NCBI RefSeq assembly: GCF_009914755.1
Contig: NC_060944.1
Strand: one strand, 5' to 3'
DNA length: 64,000 bases
DNA from: the human T2T-CHM13v2.0 reference genome, Homo sapiens
Each line of letters begins with the position of its first letter. Position 1 is the stretch's first letter. The notes beneath the pieces are model-generated. The model had not been told where the DNA came from and ran no database searches. It saw only the letters and a list, made by a program, of their open reading frames with translations. Position numbers and translations under genes: made by a program. Below are positions 52,853-64,000 of this stretch, in pieces.

Positions 52853-55819
52853 ATTATCCTTGTGTTGTCTGCTAAGTGTACATTGATATTCCCTGTTTCA
52901 GTCCTTATATTGATAAATTGTCTTTCTGTCTTTGTCAGTCCTGCTACAGGTTCATCAATTTTACCAGTCTTATCAAACAACTAGCTTTTTGTTTCATTGA
53001 CTTTCTCTACTGTTTATTGTGTTTTTTTTGTTTTCATATTCTTGTATTCCTTATGTTACCCTTATTATGTCATTTCTACTGATTGCTTTGGGTTTATTTT
53101 GCTCTTATTTTTCCTGATGTTTGATTTGGGAGCTTTAGTTATTGATCTGAAACTTTTCCACTTCTCTAATGTATGCATTTAGTGCTAGAAGTTTCCCTTT
53201 TATCACTGCTTTAACTGGTTTCACAAGTGTTGATATGTTGTATTTTTATTTTTATTCAGCTCAATGTACTTTTTATTTCCTTTGAGACATTCTCTGATCA
53301 ACTGATTATTTAGAAGTATATTGTTTACTTTCCAAGTGTTTAGAGATTTTCCTGTCATCTTTCTGTTATTGATTTCTAGTTTGATTTCATTGTGGTCAAA
53401 GAAAATGTTCTGTTAGATCTTAATTCTCTTCCACTTGTTGAGATTTGTTTTATGGCCCAGGACATAGCTCATCTTGGAATATGTTCCATGAGCTCTTGAA
53501 AAGAATGTGTATTCTGCTGCTGTTGTGTGGAATATTCCATAAATGTTGATTCAATCCTATTGATTGATGGTATTGTTAAATTATTCTATGTACTTGTTGA
53601 TTTTCTGTTTAGTTGGTTTATTGGTTGTAGAGATAAGAGTGTTAAAGTCTTCAGCTATAATTGTGGACTTGTGTTTTTCTCCTTTCATTTCTAACAGGTT
53701 TTGCTTTGCATATTTTGTAGCTTTGTTGTTTGGTACATACACACCTAGGATTACTACATTTTATGTGAAGAGTTGCTTTTTTATCATTATGCAAAGTTCC
53801 TCTCTGTCTCTAGACTAGTTTACTCCTACTTTTCTTTGATTACTGCTTGAATAATATATCTTTTTTAAATTCTTTTACTTTCAACTTGCCTATATTGTTA
53901 TATTTGAAGTGAGTTTCTTTTAGAAAGCATGCATTTATGTAACTTTAAAAAATCCTGGCTATCATTTTATGTCTTTTAGTTATGTCTTTTATATTTAGAC
54001 CATTTACATTTAGTGTAATTATTAATATTAGGGGCTTAAACTTGACATTTTAATTTCTGCTTTTTGTTTGTTCTTTTTTGTTTGTTTTCTTTTTCATGTT
54101 TTCCTGTGGGTTACTTATACATTTTTGGGGTGCCATTTTATCTATTTATCTGTAGTATGTCTGAGAGTATCTCTTTGTATAACATTTTTAGTGGTTGTTC
54201 TAAGTATTGTATTTATTACAACGTATGTACACATCTTATTTAGTCTAATAGTGTCATTGAGTGAAATAATATGATGTATCCATGTGAATGAAGTGTAAAA
54301 ATCATAGCTTCCTTTATATGCCCTTTCTTTTTTATAATAGAGTTGCCTTAAGTATTTGTCTACATACATTTAGAACTACATAAGACAACGTTATAATTTT
54401 TTTCTTTCAAACATCAAATGCAATTTAGAAAACCCAAGTGAAAAAGAAAAATGCATTTATTTACCATGTTTTTTACTATTTTCTTTGTTTTCTTTTCTTT
54501 CTTCCAAGGTTCCAAGGTTTCTCCTTTAATCTTTTTTTTTCTGTTTGAATAATTCCCTTAGTCATTTTTTTAGGGTAGTTCTGCTGGTGACAAATTCTAT
54601 TAGTTTACTCTAATCTGAAAATCTTAAATTTTCCTTCACTTTTTAAGAATATATTAATTGGTATAGGATTCTTGGTTTATAATTATTTCCTTTAAGCACT
54701 TAAAAAATGTGCTACTGCATTCTGGCCTCTATGATTTCTGATGAGAAATATACTGTAATTCCAATTGTTTCTCTCTTGCTGCTTTAAAGATTTTTCTTTG
54801 TCTTCAGTTTTCACATTAAATTTCACGTGTCTTAATGTAGGTTTTTGGTTTATGCTGCTTTGAGGTTCACTCAACTTCTTGAATTTGTAGGTCTATGACT
54901 TTTGCCAAATTTGGGAAATTTTGGTCATTATTTCTTAGAGTAATTTTTCAGCCTTCCTTTTTCTCCTTTCCTTCTAAGAGATTGATGATATCAAAGGTAG
55001 CACTTTTATTGCTTTGGTTTCACAAGTTTTGGAGGTTATGGTTTTTGTTTGTTTACTTGTTTTTTTGTTGGTTTGTTTTTGTCTATTTTCTCTTTGTTGT
55101 TTTCTTTTGTTCTGCTTTCCAATTCTCTGACTCTTTCCTCTGTCCTTTCTAATATGCTGTTAAGCCTATTTACTGAGCTTTTTACGTTATTGTATTTCTT
55201 AGTTCTAAAATTGTCATTTAGTTCTTTAGTTTCTTTGCTGAGACTTTCTTTTGCTTCAAGCATGTTTATAAATACTGGTTGAAGCACTTTTTAAAATTGT
55301 TGCTTTAAAAATTAGGTCAGATAATTCTAATGGCTCTGCCATCTTGGTGTTGGGATCTATTGATTAGATTTTCATTTAGCTTATGATCTTTTACGTCACA
55401 ATATGACATGTGATTTTATTTGAAACTTGAACATTTTGTTCCCATGTTATGAGACTCCAGATTTTATTTAAATAGATGGCTTTCTCTGAAGTCATTCCTG
55501 CAAGGAAAGGGTTGTGCCTCTACATCCCTGCTGAGGGAGGGTTGAGATCCAGGCTCCACACTGACATTGTAGTGAGTTGGGGGTGGTTACTGCCTAGCAA
55601 GAATGAAAGCTTCCGACCCCATCCTAGTGGCAGGGGGTGGGATGGGGGTCCTTCAGCCTGTCAAGGGTGGAAGTCCAGGATCCCCACACAGCCTATCTTT
55701 GCATGGGTGGGGCTGGTGCCTCAGTTCTTCTGTGATGTTTGGATGGAGTAGAATGGTTATTGTCTTGGAAGGTTGTTCCTTTTCTAGATCTTTGGCTAGA
55801 GAGAGTAAGCTTTATGAAA

Positions 55820-56235
55820 AATGTTTCATTGTGGTAAAATACATATAACATAAAATTTAACATATTAATTACTTTTATGTGTACTATTTAGTAGTGTTAA
55901 GTGTATTTACCAATCTCTAGAACTTGCAAACATCTTACAAAACTGGAGCTCCATTCCCATTAAACAATTATCCATTCATTCGTCCCTACAGCAAGCTGAT
56001 GATGACTACCATTCTGCTTTCTATTCCTATGAATTTGACTATTTTAGGTACTTCATATAAATGCAGTAATATAGTATTTGTCTTTTTGTGACTGGCTTAT
56101 TTCACTCAGCATAATATCCTCAAGATTCATTTATGTTGTAGCATGTGTTAGACTATCCTTCATTTTTAAGACTGAATAATGTTCCACTATGCTTTTATGT
56201 CACATCTTACTTATTCATTCATCTGTTATTGGACA
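55820..56235 (-). mobile_element. L1MB-type 3' end nested in the older L1
   Basis: 'attgtggtaaaatacatataacataaaattt...tgtgactggcttatttcactcagcataat'. Confidence 0.8.
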
Positions 56236-56983
56236 GAAGGCAGATTTTTGTTGGCTTTTTTCTTGACTGTGCTGATTGACATTCTGGGTTGCTAACTTTT
56301 TCACCTCCAAGTCTGGAATATATAAGGCAAAAGGAAAACCAAGGGAACTTGCTGCCATATAATTTATTGGGTCCTGAGATCCTTAATCAGTTTGTCTTAT
56401 TCTCTCCACCTCTCTAAGTCTTCTTATGTTTGTCTCATTCATAATTTCCAAAGTTTTAGCTGTACTTGTTGAAAGAAATAGTGCCAAGTATATCTGTTCT
56501 GTTTTCTGGGAAGTAGAAGTTCTGCAGTTGATTTTTATGTTAGTTTATAATGAGTATGCTACTCTTTTTGAAAATGTTTTAAGCCATCCTAAAAATCTAT
56601 TTTCTTACTAAATCAGACAAGACCTTTTTAAATTTAAAGTGCATACAATTTTGCCTTTTGGGACTTGAACTCTTAATAGTTCCACAGTTCTTATTTTGAA
56701 GATATTAAATTTGTTTTTAAGGGGATTGTAGCAAAAGGGCTATTTCCTCCGTTTATAAATCTTGGTTTCTCCTGTTAATACTAGCTATCTGGTGAGTGTC
56801 TCATAACGCTTATGTGTGTTGAATTTGAAACCATGGACACAAATCTGTTACTGGACTGTGGCTTGCAGAAAGACTGGAGATAAATTCTTTCAAGAGTCTC
56901 TTAGATTGCTTACAGCTATAACTTTTATTGACTTTCGAACACTTCATAAAATTTAAATTTACTGATGAAACAATTTGTTATAG

Positions 56984-57128
56984 ATCTTTAGAAAAAGAAC
57001 AGAGGTAGGGTCTCATATTTCTCCACCAATCTGCAAAGCCTCTGGATGAGCAATGGAAGTGGGATGGATATCTTTTTGAGGGGTCAGTGAAATTTACTCT
57101 AAGTGAAAAATCTTCCATTTGAAGGATA
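56984..57128 (+). pseudogene. Gene A 145-nt exon
   Basis: 'tttgttatag|' ... 'ata|gtatgt'; SLEKEQR*GLIFLHQSAKPLDEQWKWDGYLFEGSVKFTLSEKSSI*RI. Confidence 0.65.
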
Positions 57129-57788
57129 GTATGTATAAATAAATCTTGAATTTATAGGCTCTTTCCATAAAATTCACACAAGTTTTTTTTTTTTTTAAAA
57201 GAACTCTTCTGCACTGAAAAATATAATCCATAAGGATACTGTAAAACAGTTTGCGGTATTACTGAACCACAATGATTTACCTATCTTCTTGAATAGAATG
57301 TTATGATAGAACCACAAGGCAACAGACATTGCAACCGCTCAAATGAACAAGTGACTGGCTCCAGGGGAAAGATGAAAATAAAACTAAATCATAAATGCTT
57401 TTTCTTGCATCATTTCTTCTTCTGAAATTTTAAAAATCAGAAATAAAAAATTCAGAGTGGCTTAACTTTTATTCCTGCAGTACTAACGTGAAAGGCAGAA
57501 GCTACTAGGAGTCCAGGCACCTGATTTTGAGTGCAGTGTCACTTCTCAGCACAGAATTTAATACTCATTTCAGAGAATTTAATACTCATATTAAAACAAG
57601 ATGGCCTTGAACAATGAGGCCTGGTGATAGAGAATAGGTGTAAATCCCAATGCTTTGGTGTATGGAGTTCATATTAGAACCTTTTATGATTTGTGGAATC
57701 ATCGCTAAGTGTCCTTGATACATCCTACCTGAATGACTGCAGTCTCTAGCTAAGACCTCAGCAACTTAAATGAATCACTTCAAGACAC

Positions 57789-58320
57789 TGGTTAGTTATC
57801 TCTTGCTGAATAACAAACTGCACCCACACTTACAGCATATAACAACCGTTTCATTATATCTCACAGTTTTGTGGATCAGGAATTCAGGCAAGTCTCAGCC
57901 AAAAGACTCTTTTGCTCCCCATGGAGTGACTGGAGCACTTAGGGTACTCAGCTCATCAAGTGGTTGATCTGAAGGGTGCAGGTCAGGTTAATTCACATGC
58001 CCAGCTGCTTGGCACACATGTCTAGGAGGCCCCGTTCTTCTTCCAGGTAACCCAGGGACTCTTCTCCTTTCCTCTGAAGCAGAAAGGTTGGACTTCTTAC
58101 ATGGAAACGAAAGCATCCAAGAGCAGTCTCCTAGGAGACTGAAGTGGAAGCTGCAAGCCTTCTCATGACCTATCCATGGAACTCCAGAACGTATTCTCTT
58201 TTGCATGCAAGCATTCAAGTGGTCAAGCAAGTCACCAAAACCAGCCCATTTTCAAGTGTATGGGAACTGGACCTCACTTCTCAATGAGATAAGTGGCAGA
58301 GAATTGGTGCCATCTTTAGT
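57789..58320 (-). mobile_element. MLT1G/H-like MaLR LTR apparently inserted in a gene A exon
   Basis: 'gttagttatctcttgctgaataacaaac...ctcacagttttgtggatcaggaattcagg...agtggcagagaattggtgccatcttta'. Confidence 0.8.
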
Positions 58321-58475
58321 GACAATCTCATTTTTCACCATCACAGGTAGCATAGTAACCCTGAATTTTAAAAAATTAAATCAGCACTAGTAAAGATTCC
58401 AGCATGAAACAGCAAATAAACATATTCTGTATTCTTGGTAAGATTCAGAAACTTTCAAATATTTGAATAACAAAG

Positions 58476-58704
58476 GTATCTATGGAGCAGACACTCCAAG
58501 GCAGATTGGTATGAGGCATCCTTCCTCCAAGTCTTACATGCAAAACATCTAAGAAATGCTGCCCACATTGCTGGGGAGGCGACTGGGCTGCGGGTGCCAC
58601 CACTACACCTGAACCCGTCTTAGCTCCTGCTACTGGATGATGTTTATTAAATATTGACTCTAAAATGGCTGCTGTGAAAACCATAACACCTGACTCAGTG
58701 CTAA
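58476..58704 (+). pseudogene. Gene A 229-nt exon
   Basis: YLWSRHSKADWYEASFLQVLHAKHLRNAAHIAGEATGLRVPPLHLNPS*LLLLDD, frameshift, LLNIDSKMAAVKTITPDSVL; the acceptor is purine-rich and weak. Confidence 0.6.
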
Positions 58705-58754
58705 GTACCTCATCTGTCACTTAAAGTCTCCATAGCACCACTATGGGGTTGGTC

Positions 58755-59012
58755 AAGTTCTGGGGATAACTCTCTTTCAGGCTTGGACACAGCTGCCTTC
58801 TCAATCTGTCCTCATGTGTTGAAGAGAGCCCTGATGTCTCTTTCTCTCCCCATAAGACCACTAATCCCATCATGGGACTCTGCCCTCATCATGTCATTTA
58901 CTACTAATTAATATCTTAATATGTTCCTTAAGGTGCCACCTCCTAACACCATTACATTGGAGGTTAGGGTTTCAACAGTCAAATTTAGGGAGAACAGAAA
59001 CATTCAGTCCAT
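58755..59012 (-). mobile_element. MLT1A/MST-type LTR fragment
   Basis: 'cactaatcccatcatggga...ccacctcctaacaccattacattggaggttagggtttcaaca...aacattcagtccat'. Confidence 0.75.
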
Positions 59013-59393
59013 CTGGAAATATGTCTTGTTAAGTGTCTCTTATCCCTTGAGGTGGCCATCAATAAATATTGATTGAATGAATAAATGAATGAATGAAACA
59101 AAGCATTTACGAAAAGTAATTGACAATATCCAAATTGCAGTACTGATGGCCAATTGAGATACGTGGTATGGCAGTTGAACCCCTAAATTTGCGTCGAGCT
59201 TGATATGTGACCCCAGGCCAACCATGTGTGTGGCCCCAAACAGAGCTGCTCCACCTGTAAAGTATTGACATTGAGGAGACCTCAATGTCTTTTAGTGTCT
59301 TTTAGTGCCTGTATGGTGAGGACTAAGGAAACACAAAGACCTTGGAGAAGTACTCATTTTAAGGAACATTTCACAGCTTTTGTTATTTCAAAG

Positions 59394-60199
59394 AGAGACC
59401 CTGAACTTGTCTGCAGATCACATATATAATCTAGGCAGGGTAGAAAGTTCTGCTTCCCTAGAGCCCCTGACACCCAGTAGAGTTTCAGAGACTGCACAGC
59501 CACACCATTTGAACATTTTATGGAGCTTTAAAAAAATCCAATTTTATTATTAGCAAAAAGTTCGATTTTAGTAGCTATCTATCTATTTTGAAAATGTCAA
59601 TGGTATTCTAAAGGAAACAGGAGCAGAATTTGTCTTCCCTGAAATTGAATTCCTGTTTAATAGATAAACCTTTATTGATGCTGCAGCCTCTGAGGAAGCA
59701 CAAGGTTTATGAGGCCTGGATGGTGACGAGGAGCTCAAAGACAGAAGGGATGAACAAGGACAAGGACAGATTTGCTGTTTGGCAACTAACGCTGAGACTA
59801 GGGAATACAAATGGCCCGGGAGTCAAAGTTTCTGCTGAGGCCTTCTTGTAAGGATTGCAGCCATAACTCAGCATGGTTTGGAGCTAGGGAGAATGTCTCA
59901 TAGAATCTGGTGACCAGAGCATATGTGCCTTTTGCACCTTACAAACACAACCCCGCAAATGTTTTAGGAGAGTCAGGACCATGATAGAAATTTGCAATCT
60001 GAAGGAGACTGATATGCAAAGAGATCCCAGTTGTTGGGGTCTGTGGCACACGCATGTCTGCCTGACACTCAGCCTCAAACTGAGTTGGTGTTCATGGGCA
60101 GCTTCCTGGACATTCAGGCCCCTTCTGGACTAGTCAGAAGAGCAGCCTTTCTGAGGTCCGCATTCACTCTGCCACTCATGTTCAGCCCATCCATAACAG
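59394..60199 (+). pseudogene. Gene A 806-nt exon
   Basis: 'ttttgttatttcaaag|'; ETLNLSADHIYNLGRVE...LSIYFENVNGILKETGAEFVFPEIEFLFNR*TFIDAAASEEAQGL*GLDGDEELKD...GLLVRIAAITQHGLE...ELVFMGSFLDIQAPSGLVRRAAF; 3' boundary uncertain. Confidence 0.6.
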
Positions 60200-61249
60200 G
60201 TTGGAAGTATATAATCATTTGCACTGAAGATGAGACCCTCCTTTATATCTAGTAATTAACTCCTTCCAAGCCAGAAGTCTTTTCATGTCCTCCTTTCTCT
60301 GCTGGACATAATCTATGCATGTAATGCCAGTATTGACTGACAACATTAGCAGAGCCTGGCACATAGTAAGTGCTCAGTAAATTTAACTGGGATGTGCCAA
60401 TAAATGGGAACAGGGGTATCTGTGTTCACTATAAACTTAGGTCAAAACTAACAATAATAAATTAAACAATAATTGTAACCAATATACAACTAAGAAGTAG
60501 AGCACACTGTGGTGGGGGTCTTCTTAGCTCCCACAATAAAGCTGAAAGATGAATAAATATGCTGGACAGCCAAAAATTTCTAAGACAGCCAAAAATTTCT
60601 AGATAGGATTTTATGGCACAAGTCTTGTAGCCAGTCACCTTTCACAGAGTAAAATACCAGCAAGCACTACTCTCAGGGGTGTGTGTATGTGCACAGGCAT
60701 ACACTCCTAGAATTTCAGACTATGAGATGGACAAGCAGAGTCTTATTTATAGTTCCTCCTCTGACTTTTCCTGACTATAGTAGTAAGTCCCTCCTCTTTG
60801 AAACCTTCTTCTATAAAACACGAATACTATGACTTTGCATGTGTGTTTGTGTGTGTGTGCTGTCTGTCTACACTGTACACAGACTGTTAGTGTAGGTGAA
60901 TTGATATTATTCATGACTTAGAAAATTGTTTATTTGCCCCTTATGTTCAAACCATGATATGATGATTGCATTATTTTAATTCTTTCAATATTTTTGGTCC
61001 TCCAATAGAATTCTATACTTTTGTCAATTAAGTCTCATTTTTAATGAGATGTATCTTAAATTTTGTCTCTTCTTCCTTATCTATTCTGTTTTCAACCACC
61101 CCAATCAGGCCTTCTTCAAGGTCTTGTCAGGATCACCAATGAATTGCCCACAGCCCACTGCATTGCCCCTTCTTAGAACTCTTTGTATCCAACCTCTCCA
61201 TGGGCACCAAATTGGGCCTGCCCAATATGGACACTTGAGTCCCCATCAC

Positions 61250-62625
61250 TCTTAAATCAGCTCCTTACCCTGTCTTCTCCATTTCAATAAAGGATGCATC
61301 ATTTGCCCACTTGCTCCAACCCAAATTCTAGGAGACTTGAATTCCTCTTTCTCAAATCTGACATTCAATACAAAAGTAAGTCATATTGTTTCAAACTTTA
61401 AAACATTTCCCAAACTTGAAAGTTCCTGCCATTTTCACAGGCATAACCGAGTTCATCATGTTTTTTTTTTTTTCCTAGAAAACATCAGTAGCCTCTTGTC
61501 TTTCTTCTGTACAGTCAGTTTTACACACACCATCTAGAATGAACTTCTGGAAATGTGAATCTGGTTATACCATCTCTCTATCCAAACCTTCCAAGGATTC
61601 CCATTGGACTTGCTCTAAAATCCTGAATCCTTCCTATGGCCCCAAGTCCCTAAGTTATCTAGCCACCTGGGCTGGACTGTGTTTCTCAAAGATGATCAAA
61701 CCTACCTATTTATCTCATCCCACATGCTCTCTTAATGTGGCTGATGCTCCTACCACTCTTTAAAGAGTGGTCTGGTCTCTACAGGTCTGGACTTTGACTG
61801 GTAGAGTACAGCAAAATTCAGATTGGTTGAATTACAAGGCTATGTTGTATAAAGAATGCAGCTTCCTCCTAGATCTCTCTCTCTCTCTCTTTCTTTGCTT
61901 ACCTTTAGAACTCAGCTACCATGTTGTGAGGAACTGAGGCCCCCAGCCAACAGTCAGCATAAATTCACCACCCTTGGGAGGGAGCTCCTTTGACAGTGGC
62001 TCCTGCAGCCCTGGTCAAGCCTTCAGATGATGGACGTCCAGCTGACCTGTGACACAAGAGACTCTGAGCCAGAACCACAGATGAGCCTCTCCTGAACTGT
62101 TGGCCAACAGAATTCACGAGAGATAATAAGTTACTGTTATTGCTTTAAGCCACTTAGTATTGGGCTGACGTCTTGTGCAGCATTTAACAACTAACGTTGC
62201 CTAATGCTCTGACTCTGCTTCAACCACTCTGGGTTGCTCAAAAAGTCAAGGCTTATTTCTGCCTCAGGGACTTTGTATTTCTTACTCTTTCCAAATAAAA
62301 TTTTTCTTTCTCATATTGCCACATGGTAACTTCCTTACCTCATTAAAACATCTGTTCAAATGTTATATACCAGGAGATCCTCCCTCAGCACTTAAACAGC
62401 AAAAAAAAGTCCCCTTCCTGCCTCCACAGTCATTTTCTAGCCTATTTTCTCACGATTTTTTCTTCACTGCACATTACTGTAGCTGAGACTATATGTTGAT
62501 GTATTTATTTAATTATCTGTCTTCTCATTAGAATATAAGCTTCATGAAGGCAGAAATTTTAAGTTTTATTCAACAGGTTCACCAGAGCCCAGACAAAAAA
62601 AAAACACAACACCTCAATTAAAACA
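61250..62625 (+). mobile_element. L2 3' region interrupted by an MLT1 LTR
   Basis: 'ccaaattctaggagacttgaattcctcttt...ctgcctcagggactttgta...tagaatataagcttcatgaaggcagaaattt'. Confidence 0.75.
61675..62196 (+). mobile_element. MLT1E/F-like MaLR LTR
   Basis: 'ctaccatgttgtgaggaactgaggcccccagccaacag...gtcaagccttcagatga...ttgctttaagccact'. Confidence 0.8.
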
Positions 62626-64000
62626 TGTTAAATAGATATTGAAATAACTCAATCATTTCCTGGGTTCTTTTCTAGGATTCCATCAGGGAACCCTAGTCAA
62701 CACCATATGGAGAAAAAGAACCACCTGGCTGAGCCCAGCCAGAATCCCTGACCCACTGATTGTGAGCAAAATAGAATAAATGGTTTTGTCTCTGTTTTGG
62801 GGGTGTTTATAATAAAATAATAGTTTACATGAACAAAAGGCTTCCACCCTTTTATTCTCAATATCAGTTCTTGGTCCTCTTCCCTGAAATATTCCTAACC
62901 ATTCATTTCAGGGGCCTGATACCAAAGACAGCCTTAAGAAACCCTGATAGAAGCTTTTTCTGCCTAGCAGAAAGCACAGATACATCAAGAAATAATTAAA
63001 GTCACACTCTCAATTCTTAACTTCTTTTAATTGAGATCATCAAAGAGAAACAGATTTCATTACATGCACAGCATGTGGGCTACCTTTTCTGGAGTTCATG
63101 CTTTATTCATTCAAATGGTTTCATTTCACCCAGTGTTTTGTTGCAAATAAGTGACTTAAATTGAAAAAGAAGAGAGGACAGAATAATTTAAACTGAAAAA
63201 TAAAATCTAATACTTGGAAGATTGTTCTGTCAGGAGTGAGAATTTAAAACTAAATTTTTAATGGCCAATGTAAAAATTTAATATACTGCATGTACCTCTG
63301 GAGGAATGATATATTTAATTAAAGTCAGACAGCCAAGACAACATTCGCTATAGAGACACACATCTCTCCAAATGGAAGTATGCCTTTGCAACAAGTTTTC
63401 TACTCTTTATTGTTTAAGGATTTTTCCCTTTCATTTTTAATAACATATCTTTTAAATATATTTTACTGTTATCTCTAGCACTTCTGTTGTTAGAAATGTC
63501 AGAGATTGCTGAAATCTATAATGAAAAAGAGACATTAATCTATAATTCTAGCACCTTGTTGTAACCACAATTAACATCGTTTTCTTTCTATTCTATTTCT
63601 ATATCTATTCATGTACATTCCCTTTCTAAGACTTAAAGAATGTATGTATTGCCTCACACATAAACCGACAACATCACTGGCTTTTGCTGTGATTTTTTTT
63701 CATTGGTGAAGTATGTATTTATTCTATTAGATATCAAAGTAGTTCAAGGTGGATAATTTGTCCTGAGATTCCTGGACTGGACTGACCAGCTGGCATAGAC
63801 CAAGCTCTGGTGACCGTTTATGTCATCAACAACTATTTGGGCATAGGCTCCGCGAGGTAACATAAGGGATAGAGATTAATATAAAATATGGCACCTGCTG
63901 TTAAAGGGCTGCTGGGTCAATAGGAAAACACTGGCTACAATATGAGTATTTTATTCTAATATGATAAATGCAAAAACAGAAATATGTCCCAGGTAACAAA

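Noticed and set aside
63815-63856. VINNYLGIGSA resembles the diacylglycerol kinase accessory motif NNYFGIG
   Set aside because: Flanking residues and the other exons show no DGK similarity that I can see

Overview
Primate, human-like genomic DNA with no intact protein-coding gene that I can recognise. The repeat content (Alu/FLAM, MER41B, MSTA, L1PA/PB, Tigger1) supports this origin. Roughly half the window is transposon-derived, with unusually many LTR/MaLR elements and only two Alu-family elements. Main result, from manual translation across splice signals: the right half appears to hold two anciently decayed, multi-exon genes arranged head-to-head around a full-length Tigger1 (43846-46252). 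(1) A + strand relic has about 12 AG/GT-bounded exons from 46454 to at least 63856. Their splice phases chain consistently, and two exons are split by LTR insertions (MER31 and MLT1). (2) A - strand relic runs from about 43602 to about 32720. It has a 1084-nt exon and remnants of CxxC...H..G..H (U1/matrin-like) zinc-finger units. I cannot name either parent protein. Other points: a three-tier nested LTR stack whose MER41B keeps two GAS motifs, a CpG-rich promoter-like patch with splice donors at about 16.7-17.0 kb, a CTCF-like motif, and a 265-codon stop-free frame in apparently unique DNA. Repeat subfamily names are from memory of consensus sequences and need RepeatMasker/Dfam confirmation.
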